The notes beneath the pieces are model-generated. The model searched no databases, was not told where the DNA came from, and worked only from the letters and a program-made list of their open reading frames with translations. Of a stretch of DNA of 64,000 bases, positions 1-9,568 are shown in pieces. How positions within the stretch are numbered: position 1 is the first letter of the stretch; each line of letters begins with the position of its first letter. Source of the stretch: an uncultured Candidatus Saccharibacteria bacterium. Lineage in GTDB: Bacteria; Patescibacteriota; Saccharimonadia; UBA4664; CAZOQX01. The stretch covers positions 89,214 through 153,213 of the forward strand of contig CAZOQX010000001.1 in assembly GCA_964582465.1 (NCBI GenBank), read 5' to 3'. The position numbers and the translations under genes are program-made.

Positions 1-181
1 CCCCTGAAATCGTGATATTACCAGACACTGGCGGCGGATCGGCACTTACTGCCTTGGTGTAGGTCATTAAAAAGACGCCCAAGAGCAATAGGATAAAGCT
101 CAGCAACGCATAGGATGTATGCTCATGCGGCAACAAACGGCCAGTATGGCGATGATTACTAACTTTAACCTTTAGGGCCAT
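1..181 (-). CDS. Partial CDS: N-terminal part of a membrane or secreted protein, continuing beyond the window start
   Basis: Minus-strand ATG at 181..179. Open frame runs off the window start: MALKVKVSNHRHTGRLLPHEHTSYALLSFILLLLGVFLMTYTKAVSADPPP..., with a hydrophobic signal/anchor-like stretch. Not in the ORF track because it is truncated at 60 codons. Confidence 0.3.
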   Translation of the reverse strand, partial: MALKVKVSNHRHTGRLLPHEHTSYALLSFILLLLGVFLMTYTKAVSADPPPVSGNITISG

Positions 182-320
182 TAGGGCCCATTATACCACT
201 TATGCTTACCTGATATAGTGACGATAACCCTGTGTAATACCGGCAAATACTTTGACATCCCGCTCCTGGGCCAGGCGGTGGCTTCAGCAGCCCTAAATTC
301 GTCTTTATCTGAGAATCAGG

Positions 321-349
321 TTGACAAGCTTCTTTAGGTTAGCTAACCT
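321..349 (+). promoter_or_regulatory. Candidate promoter (TTGACA -35) with a perfect 14-bp palindrome AGGTTAGCTAACCT (336..349) overlapping the spacer/-10 region
   Basis: TTGACA at 321..326. Palindrome read directly from the sequence. GAGGGA Shine-Dalgarno then ATG at 379. Confidence 0.35.
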
Positions 350-378
350 GGTAATTACGATTAAGTGAGGGACCATAA

Positions 379-576
379 ATGGCCTACGCGCACACTAACT
401 CAAAGGGGCAGACTTATTATCTGCACATGAAGGACGTCAACCTCAAGGGTGGCCGCGTCCAGCGTATTTACTTTTTTGCCCGTGACGAGCGCCCCGGCGC
501 CGTCGACGAAATGCCGGCTGGCTACCAGGTGGTGGAAAACGCCCGCACTGGCTTGCCGATCCTGAAAAAGGCCTAA
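379..576 (+). CDS. Small hypothetical protein (65 aa)
   Basis: ORF with a GAGGGA RBS 6 nt upstream. Basic, Tyr-rich. No recognisable family. Confidence 0.45.
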   Translation: MAYAHTNSKGQTYYLHMKDVNLKGGRVQRIYFFARDERPGAVDEMPAGYQVVENARTGLPILKKA

Positions 577-668
577 TATCGATCTTGATAGCTAAGAGCT
601 CCCGCTAGCCGGGGGCTTTTAGTTTGTGGTTGTCGTCGTTCAGGTGACTGCGCTATGCTTGTAAGGCT

Positions 669-1436
669 ATGGCAGTGCAAACCGGCTCAATTCTACAAGT
701 TCATAATCTCAAAAAGAAATATGGCGACTTCGAAGCTGTGAAGGGCGTTAGTTTCGAAGTTAAGCGCGGCGAGGTTTTTGGTATTTTGGGACCGAACGGC
801 GCCGGCAAAACCACTACGCTTGAAATGATCGAAGGCATGCGGCCAATCGGTGAGGGGGAAGTTTCCCTTGACGGTCATAATGTCGCCAAAGAGAGATATC
901 GCGTCAAAGAATTAATTGGTGTGCAGCTGCAATCATCCGCCTTCTTTGACCGACTGAGTTTAGTGGAACTCCTGAACTTGTTTGGCAGCCTATATGCACG
1001 GACCGTACATCCTCACGCCCTGCTTAAGCAGGTTGGCTTGAGCGAAAAGGCCAAATCATATGTGAAGAGTTTATCGGGTGGTCAGCGCCAACGTTTCAGC
1101 ATTGCCGCCGCGCTGGTTAATAAGCCCATTGCCATCTTCCTAGACGAACCGACTACTGGTCTTGATCCGCAGGCACGCCGCAACTTATGGGAGCTAATTC
1201 AAGAGATTCGTGCCTCTGGCGTCACCATCCTACTGACAACACATTACATGGATGAGGCTGAGGTTTTGTGCGACCGTGTAGCCATTATGGATGAGGGTAA
1301 GATCATCGCCCTTGATACGCCGCAAAATTTGGTGACGCAATTGCTCGGCCGCGGCTTTAAGCCCAAGCGGATGGTGGCGCCGGCCACTCTGGAAGATGTT
1401 TTTATTGATTTAACCGGTCACGGCTTGAGGGAATAA
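669..1436 (+). CDS. ABC transporter ATP-binding protein
   Basis: Walker A GPNGAGKTT, ABC signature LSGGQRQR, Walker B IFLDEPTTGLD. Paired with the downstream permease. Confidence 0.9.
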   Translation: MAVQTGSILQVHNLKKKYGDFEAVKGVSFEVKRGEVFGILGPNGAGKTTTLEMIEGMRPIGEGEVSLDGHNVAKERYRVKELIGVQLQSSAFFDRLSLVELLNLFGSLYARTVHPHALLKQVGLSEKAKSYVKSLSGGQRQRFSIAAALVNKPIAIFLDEPTTGLDPQARRNLWELIQEIRASGVTILLTTHYMDEAEVLCDRVAIMDEGKIIALDTPQNLVTQLLGRGFKPKRMVAPATLEDVFIDLTGHGLRE

Positions 1437-1437
1437 G

Positions 1438-2640
1438 ATGCGTGTATTAATTGCCATACTTGCCGGAATTTTGATCCTAGGTGCTTTGCGCCGGCAGGTG
1501 ATGAGCCGATCATCCCTCAATCCTCTGACGCTCAAAATTAAAAATCGGGCGGTGCGGGCTCTCATGAGTTTAACCGGAGCTTCGGTGAAAATGTATTTCC
1601 GCAATCGTACGGCCGTTTTTTTCACGCTGTTCATCCCAGTCATCTTCATTCTCATCTTTGGGGTGTTGAATTTTGGCGGTGGCGGTTCAATCGGCATTGA
1701 TGTCACAAACCATTCGCAGTCGCCTCTGGCCAACCAATTCGTGAGCCAGGTCAAAAAGATCCAAGCCTTTAAGGTCAAGGTTGTATCCGAACAGGCGGCT
1801 CGTGATGAACTCGGTAAGGGTAAGGCCGACCTGCAGCTGATTATTCCAAGTAGTTTTGGCGCTGTGACGCAAGCTCAGGCTAAGAGCAGTAATACCATCC
1901 AAGCTTATTATAATGAGGCGCGGGCCCAAACTGGGCAGACGGCTGGACTGATTTTGTCCCAAATCGCCAACCAGATGAACGCTGTCATCACTCAGGCGCC
2001 GCAGGTGATTGCCCTTAAAACCACCGGCGTGAAAGTCAGAAACTTGACCTACATCGATTTCCTCATTCCTGGGATTGTGGCCATGAGCATCATGCAGCTT
2101 GGGATTATCAGCATTGCCTTTGCCTTTGTATCGTTTAAATCTACCGGGCAGCTGCGCCGTCTTCAGGCAACACCGATCCATCCGTCTTACTTCCTTTTCG
2201 GTGAGTCAATCGCCCGCTTGATCATTGGCATGTTGCAGGTTGTGGTATTGGTAGGATTGGGGCTCGCTATTTTCCATCTGCATTTAATTGGCAGCCTTTG
2301 GAACTTGCTGGTGCTAGCGCTCATCGGAACGGCTACATTTCTGGCCATGGGCTTCATGGTGGCCGGACGGGCCCGGGACGAAAATCAAGCTGCTCCAATC
2401 GCAAACCTAATTGCTTTTCCGCAGATGTTCCTTTCCGGCGTCTTTTTCCCGCGTGACTCCTTGCCGCACTGGCTGCACACAATCACTAACTACTTGCCGC
2501 TAACTTATCTATCCGACGCCATGCATCGTGTTTCCAATGAAGGAGTTAACCTCTGGGCCGTTCGCAGCGATGTACTGGGTCTGGCGGTATGGGGCGTCAT
2601 CTCGTTCTTTATAGCGGCGCGCCTGTTTACCTGGGAGTAG
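1438..2640 (+). CDS. ABC-2 family transporter permease
   Basis: 400 aa. N-terminal TM segment, large extracytoplasmic loop, then 5 C-terminal TM helices typical of ABC-2 exporters. Start overlaps the ATPase gene stop. Confidence 0.8.
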   Translation: MRVLIAILAGILILGALRRQVMSRSSLNPLTLKIKNRAVRALMSLTGASVKMYFRNRTAVFFTLFIPVIFILIFGVLNFGGGGSIGIDVTNHSQSPLANQFVSQVKKIQAFKVKVVSEQAARDELGKGKADLQLIIPSSFGAVTQAQAKSSNTIQAYYNEARAQTGQTAGLILSQIANQMNAVITQAPQVIALKTTGVKVRNLTYIDFLIPGIVAMSIMQLGIISIAFAFVSFKSTGQLRRLQATPIHPSYFLFGESIARLIIGMLQVVVLVGLGLAIFHLHLIGSLWNLLVLALIGTATFLAMGFMVAGRARDENQAAPIANLIAFPQMFLSGVFFPRDSLPHWLHTITNYLPLTYLSDAMHRVSNEGVNLWAVRSDVLGLAVWGVISFFIAARLFTWE

Positions 2641-2705
2641 CTGCTTAGCTACGCACAGCCCGAGTTGCTAAAGCGGCTACCTAAACCTTACAATCCAAGA
2701 GGTGT

Positions 2706-2780
2706 GGGCCTGTAGCTCAGCGGTAGAGCGGCACTCTTATAAGGTGTTGGTCGATGGTTCGAATCCATCCGGGCCCACCA
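2706..2780 (+). tRNA. tRNA-Ile with anticodon UAU
   Basis: Cloverleaf folded by hand. Acceptor GGGCCTG/CGGGCCC, discriminator A and encoded CCA. D-arm GCTC-AGCGGTA-GAGC. Anticodon loop CTTATAA (anticodon TAT). T-arm GATGG-TTCGAAT-CCATC. Acceptor and D-arm match the bacterial tRNA-Ile consensus. Confidence 0.7.
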
Positions 2781-2817
2781 GTTTTACAATCTGGAGCCTA
2801 AGAACTATGATTATGAC

Positions 2818-3648
2818 ATGCGATTTTTAGCCGGACTGCTTGGCTCGCTCCTGACTATTTCGATCATAGCTGTCTCAACTAGTTTTGTATTAGATCGGAC
2901 ACTACTTAGCTCCAGTTATTTGGAGAGTAAGGCTCAGCAGACTAACCTTTATAGTGACCTGGCGCGATTGCTGCCGGAACAAATCGGCGCTCACGGTGCG
3001 GCCACCGCGGCTGGGCAGGCGCAAATTACCGACAAGCTCAAAACCGTTATCACACCTGAGGCCATCAGGCAGCACGTGGAGCCGGCCTTAACGCAGATGG
3101 AACAGTTTTATAAAGCTGGAGCTGCCGCACCGGCTGTAATCAACTTTAGTGACCTGGCGGACCGGGCTCGAGCTGCCGGCCTCGATATACCGGCCAATCA
3201 GTTTGATCAGCAAGTGATTCTCACACCTACTGATTCGCCCGCGCGCCCAGTGATTCGCAAGTTCGAAGTGGGCAAGAACTATGCGCTATTTGCAGCTTTG
3301 GCGCTACTGATTGGTCTCGGTTTTGTCAGTTACCGATTGAAAAAGTTTGGCCACTTGCTCGCCGCGCTGATTATCCCTGCCACGTGGTTTGCGGTTCTGG
3401 CTTTTGGTGTGACCAAATTACCGGGCTTGGCAAACGCCAACTTTAAGCTTAACGACCAGGCACAGCCGCTGGGCCCGACCGTAGGCCACTTGGTTGGCGC
3501 GATTTCCCATGATCTAAGCGTGAAATTTCTCGATCTTACAATTATTCTTGTGGCCTTAGCTTTAGCGGTTTACGGCGCTCACTGGTTTTTGTACAAACGT
3601 CCTCGAGCTAGTCAGTCGGTGGGTAAACCCATGGTAACCAAAGCTTGA
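2818..3648 (+). CDS. Hypothetical membrane protein (276 aa)
   Basis: N-terminal TM helix plus 2-3 C-terminal TM helices. Ala/Gln-rich extracytoplasmic region. Confidence 0.5.
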   Translation: MRFLAGLLGSLLTISIIAVSTSFVLDRTLLSSSYLESKAQQTNLYSDLARLLPEQIGAHGAATAAGQAQITDKLKTVITPEAIRQHVEPALTQMEQFYKAGAAAPAVINFSDLADRARAAGLDIPANQFDQQVILTPTDSPARPVIRKFEVGKNYALFAALALLIGLGFVSYRLKKFGHLLAALIIPATWFAVLAFGVTKLPGLANANFKLNDQAQPLGPTVGHLVGAISHDLSVKFLDLTIILVALALAVYGAHWFLYKRPRASQSVGKPMVTKA

Positions 3649-3703
3649 CACTAGCCAGGGCATACAGCATCATTAAGCATAAGAAGAATAATAAGGAGTA
3701 AAA

Positions 3704-4603
3704 ATGGGACCTTCCGAAAGCCCTTTGTCGCCCGATCATATTGAGCACGCTAACCATCACCGGGTGCTGGAGAGCAAGCTAAAAACTTCGAAGTGGCTGC
3801 TCGGCCTAATGGCTGTGGCGGTAGCTGGGGTTGGTGCTGTGGTAGTATTTCTCACTCATGCTGGTGGTACGGGCGACCAGTATTACTCTTTCCAACTACA
3901 GGAAAGTTACACTTCCTACAATAATGGTAAAACTAGTCAAAAAGCCTATACCAACCCGACAGTTTGCAAAGCTAATTACTATATCTGCCATGATCCGAAT
4001 GGTAGTTTGGTACTGGAAAATAGCTATGATCCTTATCAAACCAACTACGCCTGGAAGAGCGGCCCGGCTACTGCCGGACCGGTTAAGGCTTGGTTTGGCC
4101 CGTATTTCTGGGAAGGAAGCTCCGATTACGCCTACAACTGGGGATACACCGGCAGCAATAGCGCCTGCTTCTACATGCAGGATGTGTCAGGCGGTCAAAC
4201 TCATGCTAACGTTACCTTTGCCATTACAGGACGATCGGTAGCTACAAACCAGCTGCGAGTACTCGGTTCGACGCGGGGCAATCTATCGGGCACATACAAA
4301 AACTACTACAACTTCCTTTGCTTGCCCTACTACCACGCGGACGAAGTGAAAGACATTCAATATCGTCTCACTGTTAACAGCGGCCGGGTGCAGACCGACT
4401 TCGTGGAGGTTCAGATTGGCTACTACAATCCATACCCGTACTACGGTGGTGCAGCGATCAAGAACCATAACGGCGTCGAAGCTACGGCTTGCAGCAGTAA
4501 ATCACGTACCGGCAGTTGCGCAAACTCGGCCGATACCACCAAGTACAATGTCAAACGCCAACTTACAAATGTTGATACCAAGCCCGCAGTAGATCTTGAG
4601 TAA
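3704..4603 (+). CDS. Hypothetical Tyr/Asn/Cys-rich membrane-anchored protein (299 aa)
   Basis: One N-terminal TM anchor (LLGLMAVAVAGVGAVVVFL). The rest is Tyr-, Gly-, Asn-rich with 8 Cys. No known family. Confidence 0.5.
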   Translation: MGPSESPLSPDHIEHANHHRVLESKLKTSKWLLGLMAVAVAGVGAVVVFLTHAGGTGDQYYSFQLQESYTSYNNGKTSQKAYTNPTVCKANYYICHDPNGSLVLENSYDPYQTNYAWKSGPATAGPVKAWFGPYFWEGSSDYAYNWGYTGSNSACFYMQDVSGGQTHANVTFAITGRSVATNQLRVLGSTRGNLSGTYKNYYNFLCLPYYHADEVKDIQYRLTVNSGRVQTDFVEVQIGYYNPYPYYGGAAIKNHNGVEATACSSKSRTGSCANSADTTKYNVKRQLTNVDTKPAVDLE

Positions 4604-5729
4604 ACAACAAGCCAGTTCATTTTTTAAGGAGTCCGCGGCCCGCGCCAAGGGCTCCTTAAATGTTTCGACCTTGGCACTTGCCCTAGCAAGCTTGCCGCTG
4701 TCTGCCATTTGGCTACGGCAATTCGGCCTGGCCTGGTTCTACGTATTGGCTGTAATCGGGCTGGGAGCGTGGTTGTGGCGACAGGGCTACTTATCATTGC
4801 CGAACAATCGGCTGATTGCTGGTGCAGGGCTGCTACTTGGCTGGGGTTTGCTTTCATGCCTATGGTCGCCTAGCCGACTGAATAGCTTGGCCTGGACAGT
4901 GCTTCTGCTCGTGAGCTACCTTTTCTTCATTTTGGCCATGCAATTAAAACCGGAGTGGTGGATGCGAGCCTTTGCGATTATAAATGGCGCTTTTGGCTTC
5001 TGGGCGGTGGTTAGCAGGCTGCAGCATGTCGGGCGGTTTGGCGGTACCTTTTTCTGGCCCAACCCAGCGGCGGTCTTTTTAGCGGTTGGCGTAATCATTT
5101 CACTTGCCTTGTTTTTGCATGGCCAGCGCTTCTTCCTAATTTCTTTGGGTTTTAGCTTTGTCGGCTTGATTTTAACTGGCTCAAAAATTGCCTTGATCGC
5201 TCTACTTGCTGTGCTTGGGATTAGATTTTTGCGGGCCCGGCAGACCAAAACGCTCTACCTAGTGGCTGCCCTAATCTTAATTGCAGCGCTGGGATGGAGT
5301 TTAGTGCGCCCGGCCGGGCAAAAGGCGGCGAGGGTCAGTCTGCGCGACCGCACTCGTTATGCGCGGGAGGCTCTTGATGTTTGGAGAGCACATCCCGTTA
5401 TAGGCCTGGGAGCGGGCACGTATCCACTAATAGCACTGCGCGAAACCGCTGGCGAAATCAATCCTTCCGTTAGTGTCCACAATTTTTATTTGCAGAGTCT
5501 AGCCGAGCTCGGCTTGGTGGGTGGTCTAATGCTGCTTGGTCTTGTCATTTTCTTGATGCGGCCACTTTGGTCCGCGTTTGCGAGTGAGGCGTGGGCACTG
5601 CCGGCGGCGGCTTTGATGCTCGCCCTCCACTTTGGCCTAGAGGTCGATAACTTGTACCCGTTGCTCTGGGTGTTGCTCGCGATTCTACTCGGCTTTAGCT
5701 ACCGGGCTGGCGTGCCTGAGAAGCATTAG
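4596..5729 (+). CDS. O-antigen ligase / polymerase (Wzy/WaaL) family membrane protein
   Basis: About 10 TM helices. Conserved O-antigen-ligase motif region HNFYLQSLAELGLVGGL. Confidence 0.7.
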   Translation: MSKQQASSFFKESAARAKGSLNVSTLALALASLPLSAIWLRQFGLAWFYVLAVIGLGAWLWRQGYLSLPNNRLIAGAGLLLGWGLLSCLWSPSRLNSLAWTVLLLVSYLFFILAMQLKPEWWMRAFAIINGAFGFWAVVSRLQHVGRFGGTFFWPNPAAVFLAVGVIISLALFLHGQRFFLISLGFSFVGLILTGSKIALIALLAVLGIRFLRARQTKTLYLVAALILIAALGWSLVRPAGQKAARVSLRDRTRYAREALDVWRAHPVIGLGAGTYPLIALRETAGEINPSVSVHNFYLQSLAELGLVGGLMLLGLVIFLMRPLWSAFASEAWALPAAALMLALHFGLEVDNLYPLLWVLLAILLGFSYRAGVPEKH

Positions 5730-5746
5730 CGTAAAATAGGGGTGTT

Positions 5747-6106
5747 ATGCGCTGGAAGTCGATTCTTTATTACGGTCTAGGGCTGATCTTTTCGGTCTAC
5801 CTTTTTGGCAATCTGATTTCTACGGTGCGTCGTAATTACGACCTGAAATTGCAGATTGCCACAGTGGAGCAGGAAAACGCTGTGCTGAAAGCTCAGAACG
5901 ATCAGTTGCGTTACCAAATTACCTATTATCAAACCCCGGAGTTTGCCGAAAAGGAGGCCCGCGCTAAGTTGGGCCTGCAGCAACCGGGCGAAAACGTCAT
6001 TATCCTTCCCGGCACACAGGCCAAATCGCAGCAGGCACCCGTGAGCATGCCCAAGCCGGCTCCTCAATCCAACTTTCGTCAGTGGCTGAGCTTTCTGTTC
6101 GGCTAA
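5747..6106 (+). CDS. ftsB: Septum formation initiator FtsB/DivIC-like
   Basis: 119 aa. N-terminal TM, then a coiled coil (LKLQIATVEQENAVLKAQNDQLRYQI) and a Q/P-rich tail. Confidence 0.65.
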   Translation: MRWKSILYYGLGLIFSVYLFGNLISTVRRNYDLKLQIATVEQENAVLKAQNDQLRYQITYYQTPEFAEKEARAKLGLQQPGENVIILPGTQAKSQQAPVSMPKPAPQSNFRQWLSFLFG

Positions 6107-6156
6107 AGTCTAAATCTTGATCTTAAAACGGTTAGAACCTATACTACTAAGCGCGT

Positions 6157-6231
6157 CGCGGGGTGGAGCAGTAGTAGCTCGTCGGGCTCATAACCCGGAG
6201 GTCGGTGGTGCAATTCCACCCCCCGCTACCA
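6157..6231 (+). tRNA. Initiator tRNA-fMet (anticodon CAU)
   Basis: Anticodon loop CTCATAA. Three consecutive G-C pairs at the base of the anticodon stem (TCGGG/CCCGG). 1:72 mismatch (C:U) in the acceptor stem CGCGGGG/CCCCGCT. Encoded CCA. Confidence 0.85.
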
Positions 6232-6306
6232 AGAATTCTGGCTTAGTCTGCGAGAGTCCGCTATCATGCGGGCTCAATTTTTTCCAATAGCTCTACTTTA
6301 GGGGAG

Positions 6307-6342
6307 CGAATTGTAAACCAAGCGATAGCTGTTTACAATTCG
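6307..6342. repeat. Perfect 12-bp inverted repeat (CGAATTGTAAAC ... GTTTACAATTCG) with a 12-nt loop, between two tRNA genes
   Basis: Read directly from the sequence. Possible tRNA-processing or terminator-like hairpin. Confidence 0.6.
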
Positions 6343-6352
6343 GAAGAGGCGA

Positions 6353-6427
<75 letters not shown>

Positions 6428-6494
6428 GTAATAATTTGGCTTTGTTGGGCCGGTATATACGTGTTTTTATCTGTAGGAACATAATATGCTTCTA

Positions 6495-6523
6495 TTGACA
6501 TATTATGGTTCTTATGCTATTAT
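6495..6523 (+). promoter_or_regulatory. Near-consensus sigma70-type promoter: TTGACA-N17-TATTAT
   Basis: TTGACA at 6495..6500, 17-nt spacer, TATTAT at 6518..6523. Sits upstream of the high-GC gene at 6579. Confidence 0.5.
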
Positions 6524-6578
6524 TCCTCCGTTCTTAGTGTGGATGACGGGTGACCGTCTTGACAGAAAGGGGGCAGCG

Positions 6579-6971
6579 ATGCCCGCAGTTACCATGTACT
6601 ACCCACGAGGTTTCTTCGACTCCACCGACAAGGCCCGCTTCAGGCGGGACGTCAAGCAGAGCGTGGCCGGCTACATGGACGCAATCGATCCCGCAACGGG
6701 TGAGCGAACCAAGTATGGAGCCGACCCGGACGCGTTCATCGACCTCGTCCTCATCCCCTACGACCCCGACGACGCCGAGGTCACGACGCCGCTCCTTGGC
6801 ACGATTGTGACCTACGAGTGGCCCGACCGGATTGTCAACCTGCGCGACCGGATCAATGCGATCACCAACGAGGTCCGGCGGTCCCTCCCAACCGAGCTCG
6901 TACCGAGAGACCAGGAGGCCATCTCCTTCACCTTCCTCGGCAAGATGGCTGGTGCCTGGGCGGTGGCCTGA
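6579..6971 (+). CDS. Hypothetical protein (130 aa) in a high-GC island
   Basis: ATG with an AAAGGGGG RBS. Codon usage is GC-rich, unlike the flanks. Starts MPAVTMYYPRG. Confidence 0.55.
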   Translation: MPAVTMYYPRGFFDSTDKARFRRDVKQSVAGYMDAIDPATGERTKYGADPDAFIDLVLIPYDPDDAEVTTPLLGTIVTYEWPDRIVNLRDRINAITNEVRRSLPTELVPRDQEAISFTFLGKMAGAWAVA

Positions 6972-7002
6972 CCATCAGTATCCCGCTTCACGCGGCGAGA
7001 CA

Positions 7003-7034
7003 CCCGTCTCCCCCGTGGGGCGGGTTTTTCGTTT
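7003..7034 (+). terminator. Intrinsic terminator: GC-rich stem followed by TTTTTCGTTT
   Basis: CCCGTCTCCCCCGTGGGGCGGG hairpin, then a T-tract, directly after the 6579..6971 stop. Confidence 0.5.
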
Positions 7035-7174
7035 AAGCTTAAACCAAGTCCACCAAATTATTCTTTTGCCATATGGTTTGAAGCGGCGGCGGCTGGTATG
7101 ATAAAGTGGCAATGGATTTTAGGAGAGCACATCTCCTTATTTGTTCTAAACGCATGAAACATTAGAGGAATCAT

Positions 7175-9022
7175 ATGAAAAAACGCACACGCAATTTTTT
7201 GATCTTTATCCTAGCCCTCCTGGGCATCTCCGTACTTCTGGCCTCGGCTACGCCCAGCACTAAGACGCAGAATGTATCGCTATCGCAGCTAATCGATGAG
7301 GTTAATTCCAACAAGATTTCGCAAATTGAGGTGGCGGGTGATAAGTTGACAGCCACTCCTAAAGAATCTGGAGCGGCTAAGCAAATCACATTTAAAGAAA
7401 GCTCGGCTAATCTTAAAGATTACGGTATAGATTACAGCAAGGTGAACGTGGTTACCAAGAATCCGGACGGCGGTGGCAGTCGTATCTTCGACGTTATATT
7501 AACGCTACTACCGATTCTGGTGATCATCGGCTTCTTCTACTTCATGATGCGCCAGGCGCAGGGTTCGAGTAACCAGGCCATGAGTTTTGGTAAGAGCCGG
7601 GCCAGATTGTTTACAGCCGACCGCAAGAAGGTGACATTCGCCGAGGTGGCGGGTGCCGAGGAATCAAAACAAGAGTTGGCCGAGGTGGTGGAATTCTTGA
7701 AATATCCCAGCAAATTTGAGTCGCTTGGGGCAAAGATTCCCAAGGGCGTGCTGCTGTTTGGTCCACCTGGAACAGGTAAGACGTTGCTCGCCCGAGCGGT
7801 AGCCGGCGAAGCGGGCGTGCCGTTCTTTAGCATTTCTGGTTCGGAATTTGTGGAAATGTTCGTCGGTGTCGGTGCCAGCCGGGTGCGCGATCTCTTCCTG
7901 CGGGCTAAGAAGAACGCGCCGTGCATTGTTTTCATCGATGAAATTGATGCCGTCGGTCGCCAGCGTGGTACCGGCATGGGTGGCGGTCACGACGAGCGCG
8001 AGCAAACTCTTAACCAGATCTTGGTTGAGATGGATGGTTTCGAGCAAGGTACAAACGTCATTGTGATGGCGGCGACTAACCGCCCCGACGTGCTTGATCC
8101 GGCCCTGCTGCGTCCTGGCCGCTTTGACCGTCGGGTGACGCTGGATTTGCCTGATCGCAAAGATCGCTTTGCAATCCTTACGGTCCATACCGAAGGGAAG
8201 CCGCTGGCGCCAGAAGTTAATCTCGACGAAATTGCCGCAAAAACTCCGGGTTTCTCCGGTGCCGACCTTTCGAACCTCGCAAACGAAGCTGCTATTTTAA
8301 CTGCCCGGCGCAATATGAAGAAGATTGGTATGAGCGAACTGCACGAGGCCGTGGAGAAGGTGGTGTTAGGGCCAGAGCGCAAGAGCCACATTATGAATGA
8401 TAAGGAGAAGGCAATTACAGCCTACCACGAAGCTGGGCACGCCCTAGTTGGGCATGTCTTGCCCGGGACTAATCCGCTGCATAAAATTTCGATCGTGTCG
8501 CGGGGGAGAGCTGGCGGCGTCACTTGGAGCCTCCCGACCGAGGACAAGTATATGTACACTTTGGCCGACTTCCGGGACGACCTAGCCATGGCCCTAGGTG
8601 GCCGGATGGCTGAAAAAATAGTTTATGGTGCGGAGAATATTACCACCGGAGCCGAGAATGATTTGCGCGAGGCGGCCGATTTGGCTCGCCGGATGGTGAC
8701 AGATTACGGCATGAGCAAGAAGTTGAAGAATCGCGTCTTTAGCTCGGGCCGCAGCCTGTTTTTGGGGCGGGACTTTGCCGAGCAGCGTGAGTACTCCGAA
8801 GATGTGGCAAAAGTAATTGATGAAGAAATCGCCGATTACATTGAGGAGGCCAGCCGGCGCTCCGAAGAGGTCATCACTGCTCATCGACCGATGCTCACTA
8901 AAATTGCCGATAAGTTAATCAAAGAAGAAACCATTGAAGGTGAGGAGCTGGAGAAGCTTTTCAAGGATATCGAAAAGGGCATGGGCATGCCGGCCCGGCG
9001 CTCCCGCCCAACTGCGGCATGA
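7175..9022 (+). CDS. ftsH: ATP-dependent zinc metalloprotease FtsH
   Basis: N-terminal TM segments. AAA+ Walker A GPPGTGKT. Second region of homology. HEAGHA zinc-binding motif. 615 aa. Confidence 0.95.
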   Translation: MKKRTRNFLIFILALLGISVLLASATPSTKTQNVSLSQLIDEVNSNKISQIEVAGDKLTATPKESGAAKQITFKESSANLKDYGIDYSKVNVVTKNPDGGGSRIFDVILTLLPILVIIGFFYFMMRQAQGSSNQAMSFGKSRARLFTADRKKVTFAEVAGAEESKQELAEVVEFLKYPSKFESLGAKIPKGVLLFGPPGTGKTLLARAVAGEAGVPFFSISGSEFVEMFVGVGASRVRDLFLRAKKNAPCIVFIDEIDAVGRQRGTGMGGGHDEREQTLNQILVEMDGFEQGTNVIVMAATNRPDVLDPALLRPGRFDRRVTLDLPDRKDRFAILTVHTEGKPLAPEVNLDEIAAKTPGFSGADLSNLANEAAILTARRNMKKIGMSELHEAVEKVVLGPERKSHIMNDKEKAITAYHEAGHALVGHVLPGTNPLHKISIVSRGRAGGVTWSLPTEDKYMYTLADFRDDLAMALGGRMAEKIVYGAENITTGAENDLREAADLARRMVTDYGMSKKLKNRVFSSGRSLFLGRDFAEQREYSEDVAKVIDEEIADYIEEASRRSEEVITAHRPMLTKIADKLIKEETIEGEELEKLFKDIEKGMGMPARRSRPTAA

Positions 9023-9552
9023 TCACCCTTCCTATTTCCGAGGAAGAGCGGCAGGGTATATTCAATCAATTTTTACATGCCACCAGGCACGGAGCTTTTA
9101 AAACGGAAGTTTTACAAGACTACTACGAGCTCGATGCCTGCCCATCACTAGATGCCTGGCTAGCGGGAGAGCACAAAAAGTCTCTTGAACTGATGCTGGC
9201 CGATGGGCCGAATGAGTGGCAACTGGCCTACGGTCAATTGCAGGTTAAGAAGACGCGAGTTCATGTGGTGGAGCGGCCGTATTCACCTTACATTGAATGG
9301 GAAATTGAAGGGTATAAGCGGGTCTTGGCACAGGCGACCGGCGAAGACATTCGCCTGGTCGATCAGGACGAACTCGGCCAGAGGTGGTTACCTGACGGCG
9401 ATTTTTGGATTTTTGATGATGACAGAGTAATTCAGTACCACTATGAAGGTACCCACACCGTCTCGGCCGATGTTTACGATACTGGTGATGACATTTCTAA
9501 ATTCCTGGAACTTAGAGAGAGCTTAATAGCGAAGAGTAAGCCACTTAGATAA
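9019..9552 (+). CDS. Hypothetical protein (177 aa)
   Basis: ATGA overlap with the ftsH stop. Acidic, no recognisable motif. Confidence 0.5.
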   Translation: MITLPISEEERQGIFNQFLHATRHGAFKTEVLQDYYELDACPSLDAWLAGEHKKSLELMLADGPNEWQLAYGQLQVKKTRVHVVERPYSPYIEWEIEGYKRVLAQATGEDIRLVDQDELGQRWLPDGDFWIFDDDRVIQYHYEGTHTVSADVYDTGDDISKFLELRESLIAKSKPLR

Positions 9553-9568
9553 TTGCGCGGGCCAGACC

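Noticed and set aside
7537-8884. Minus-strand ORFs inside ftsH (7537..7977, 7664..8188, 7987..8391, 8594..8884), and similar ones inside dnaK (35386..35991), dnaJ (37167..37721) and ruvB (51652..52134)
   Set aside because: Antisense to strongly supported housekeeping genes.
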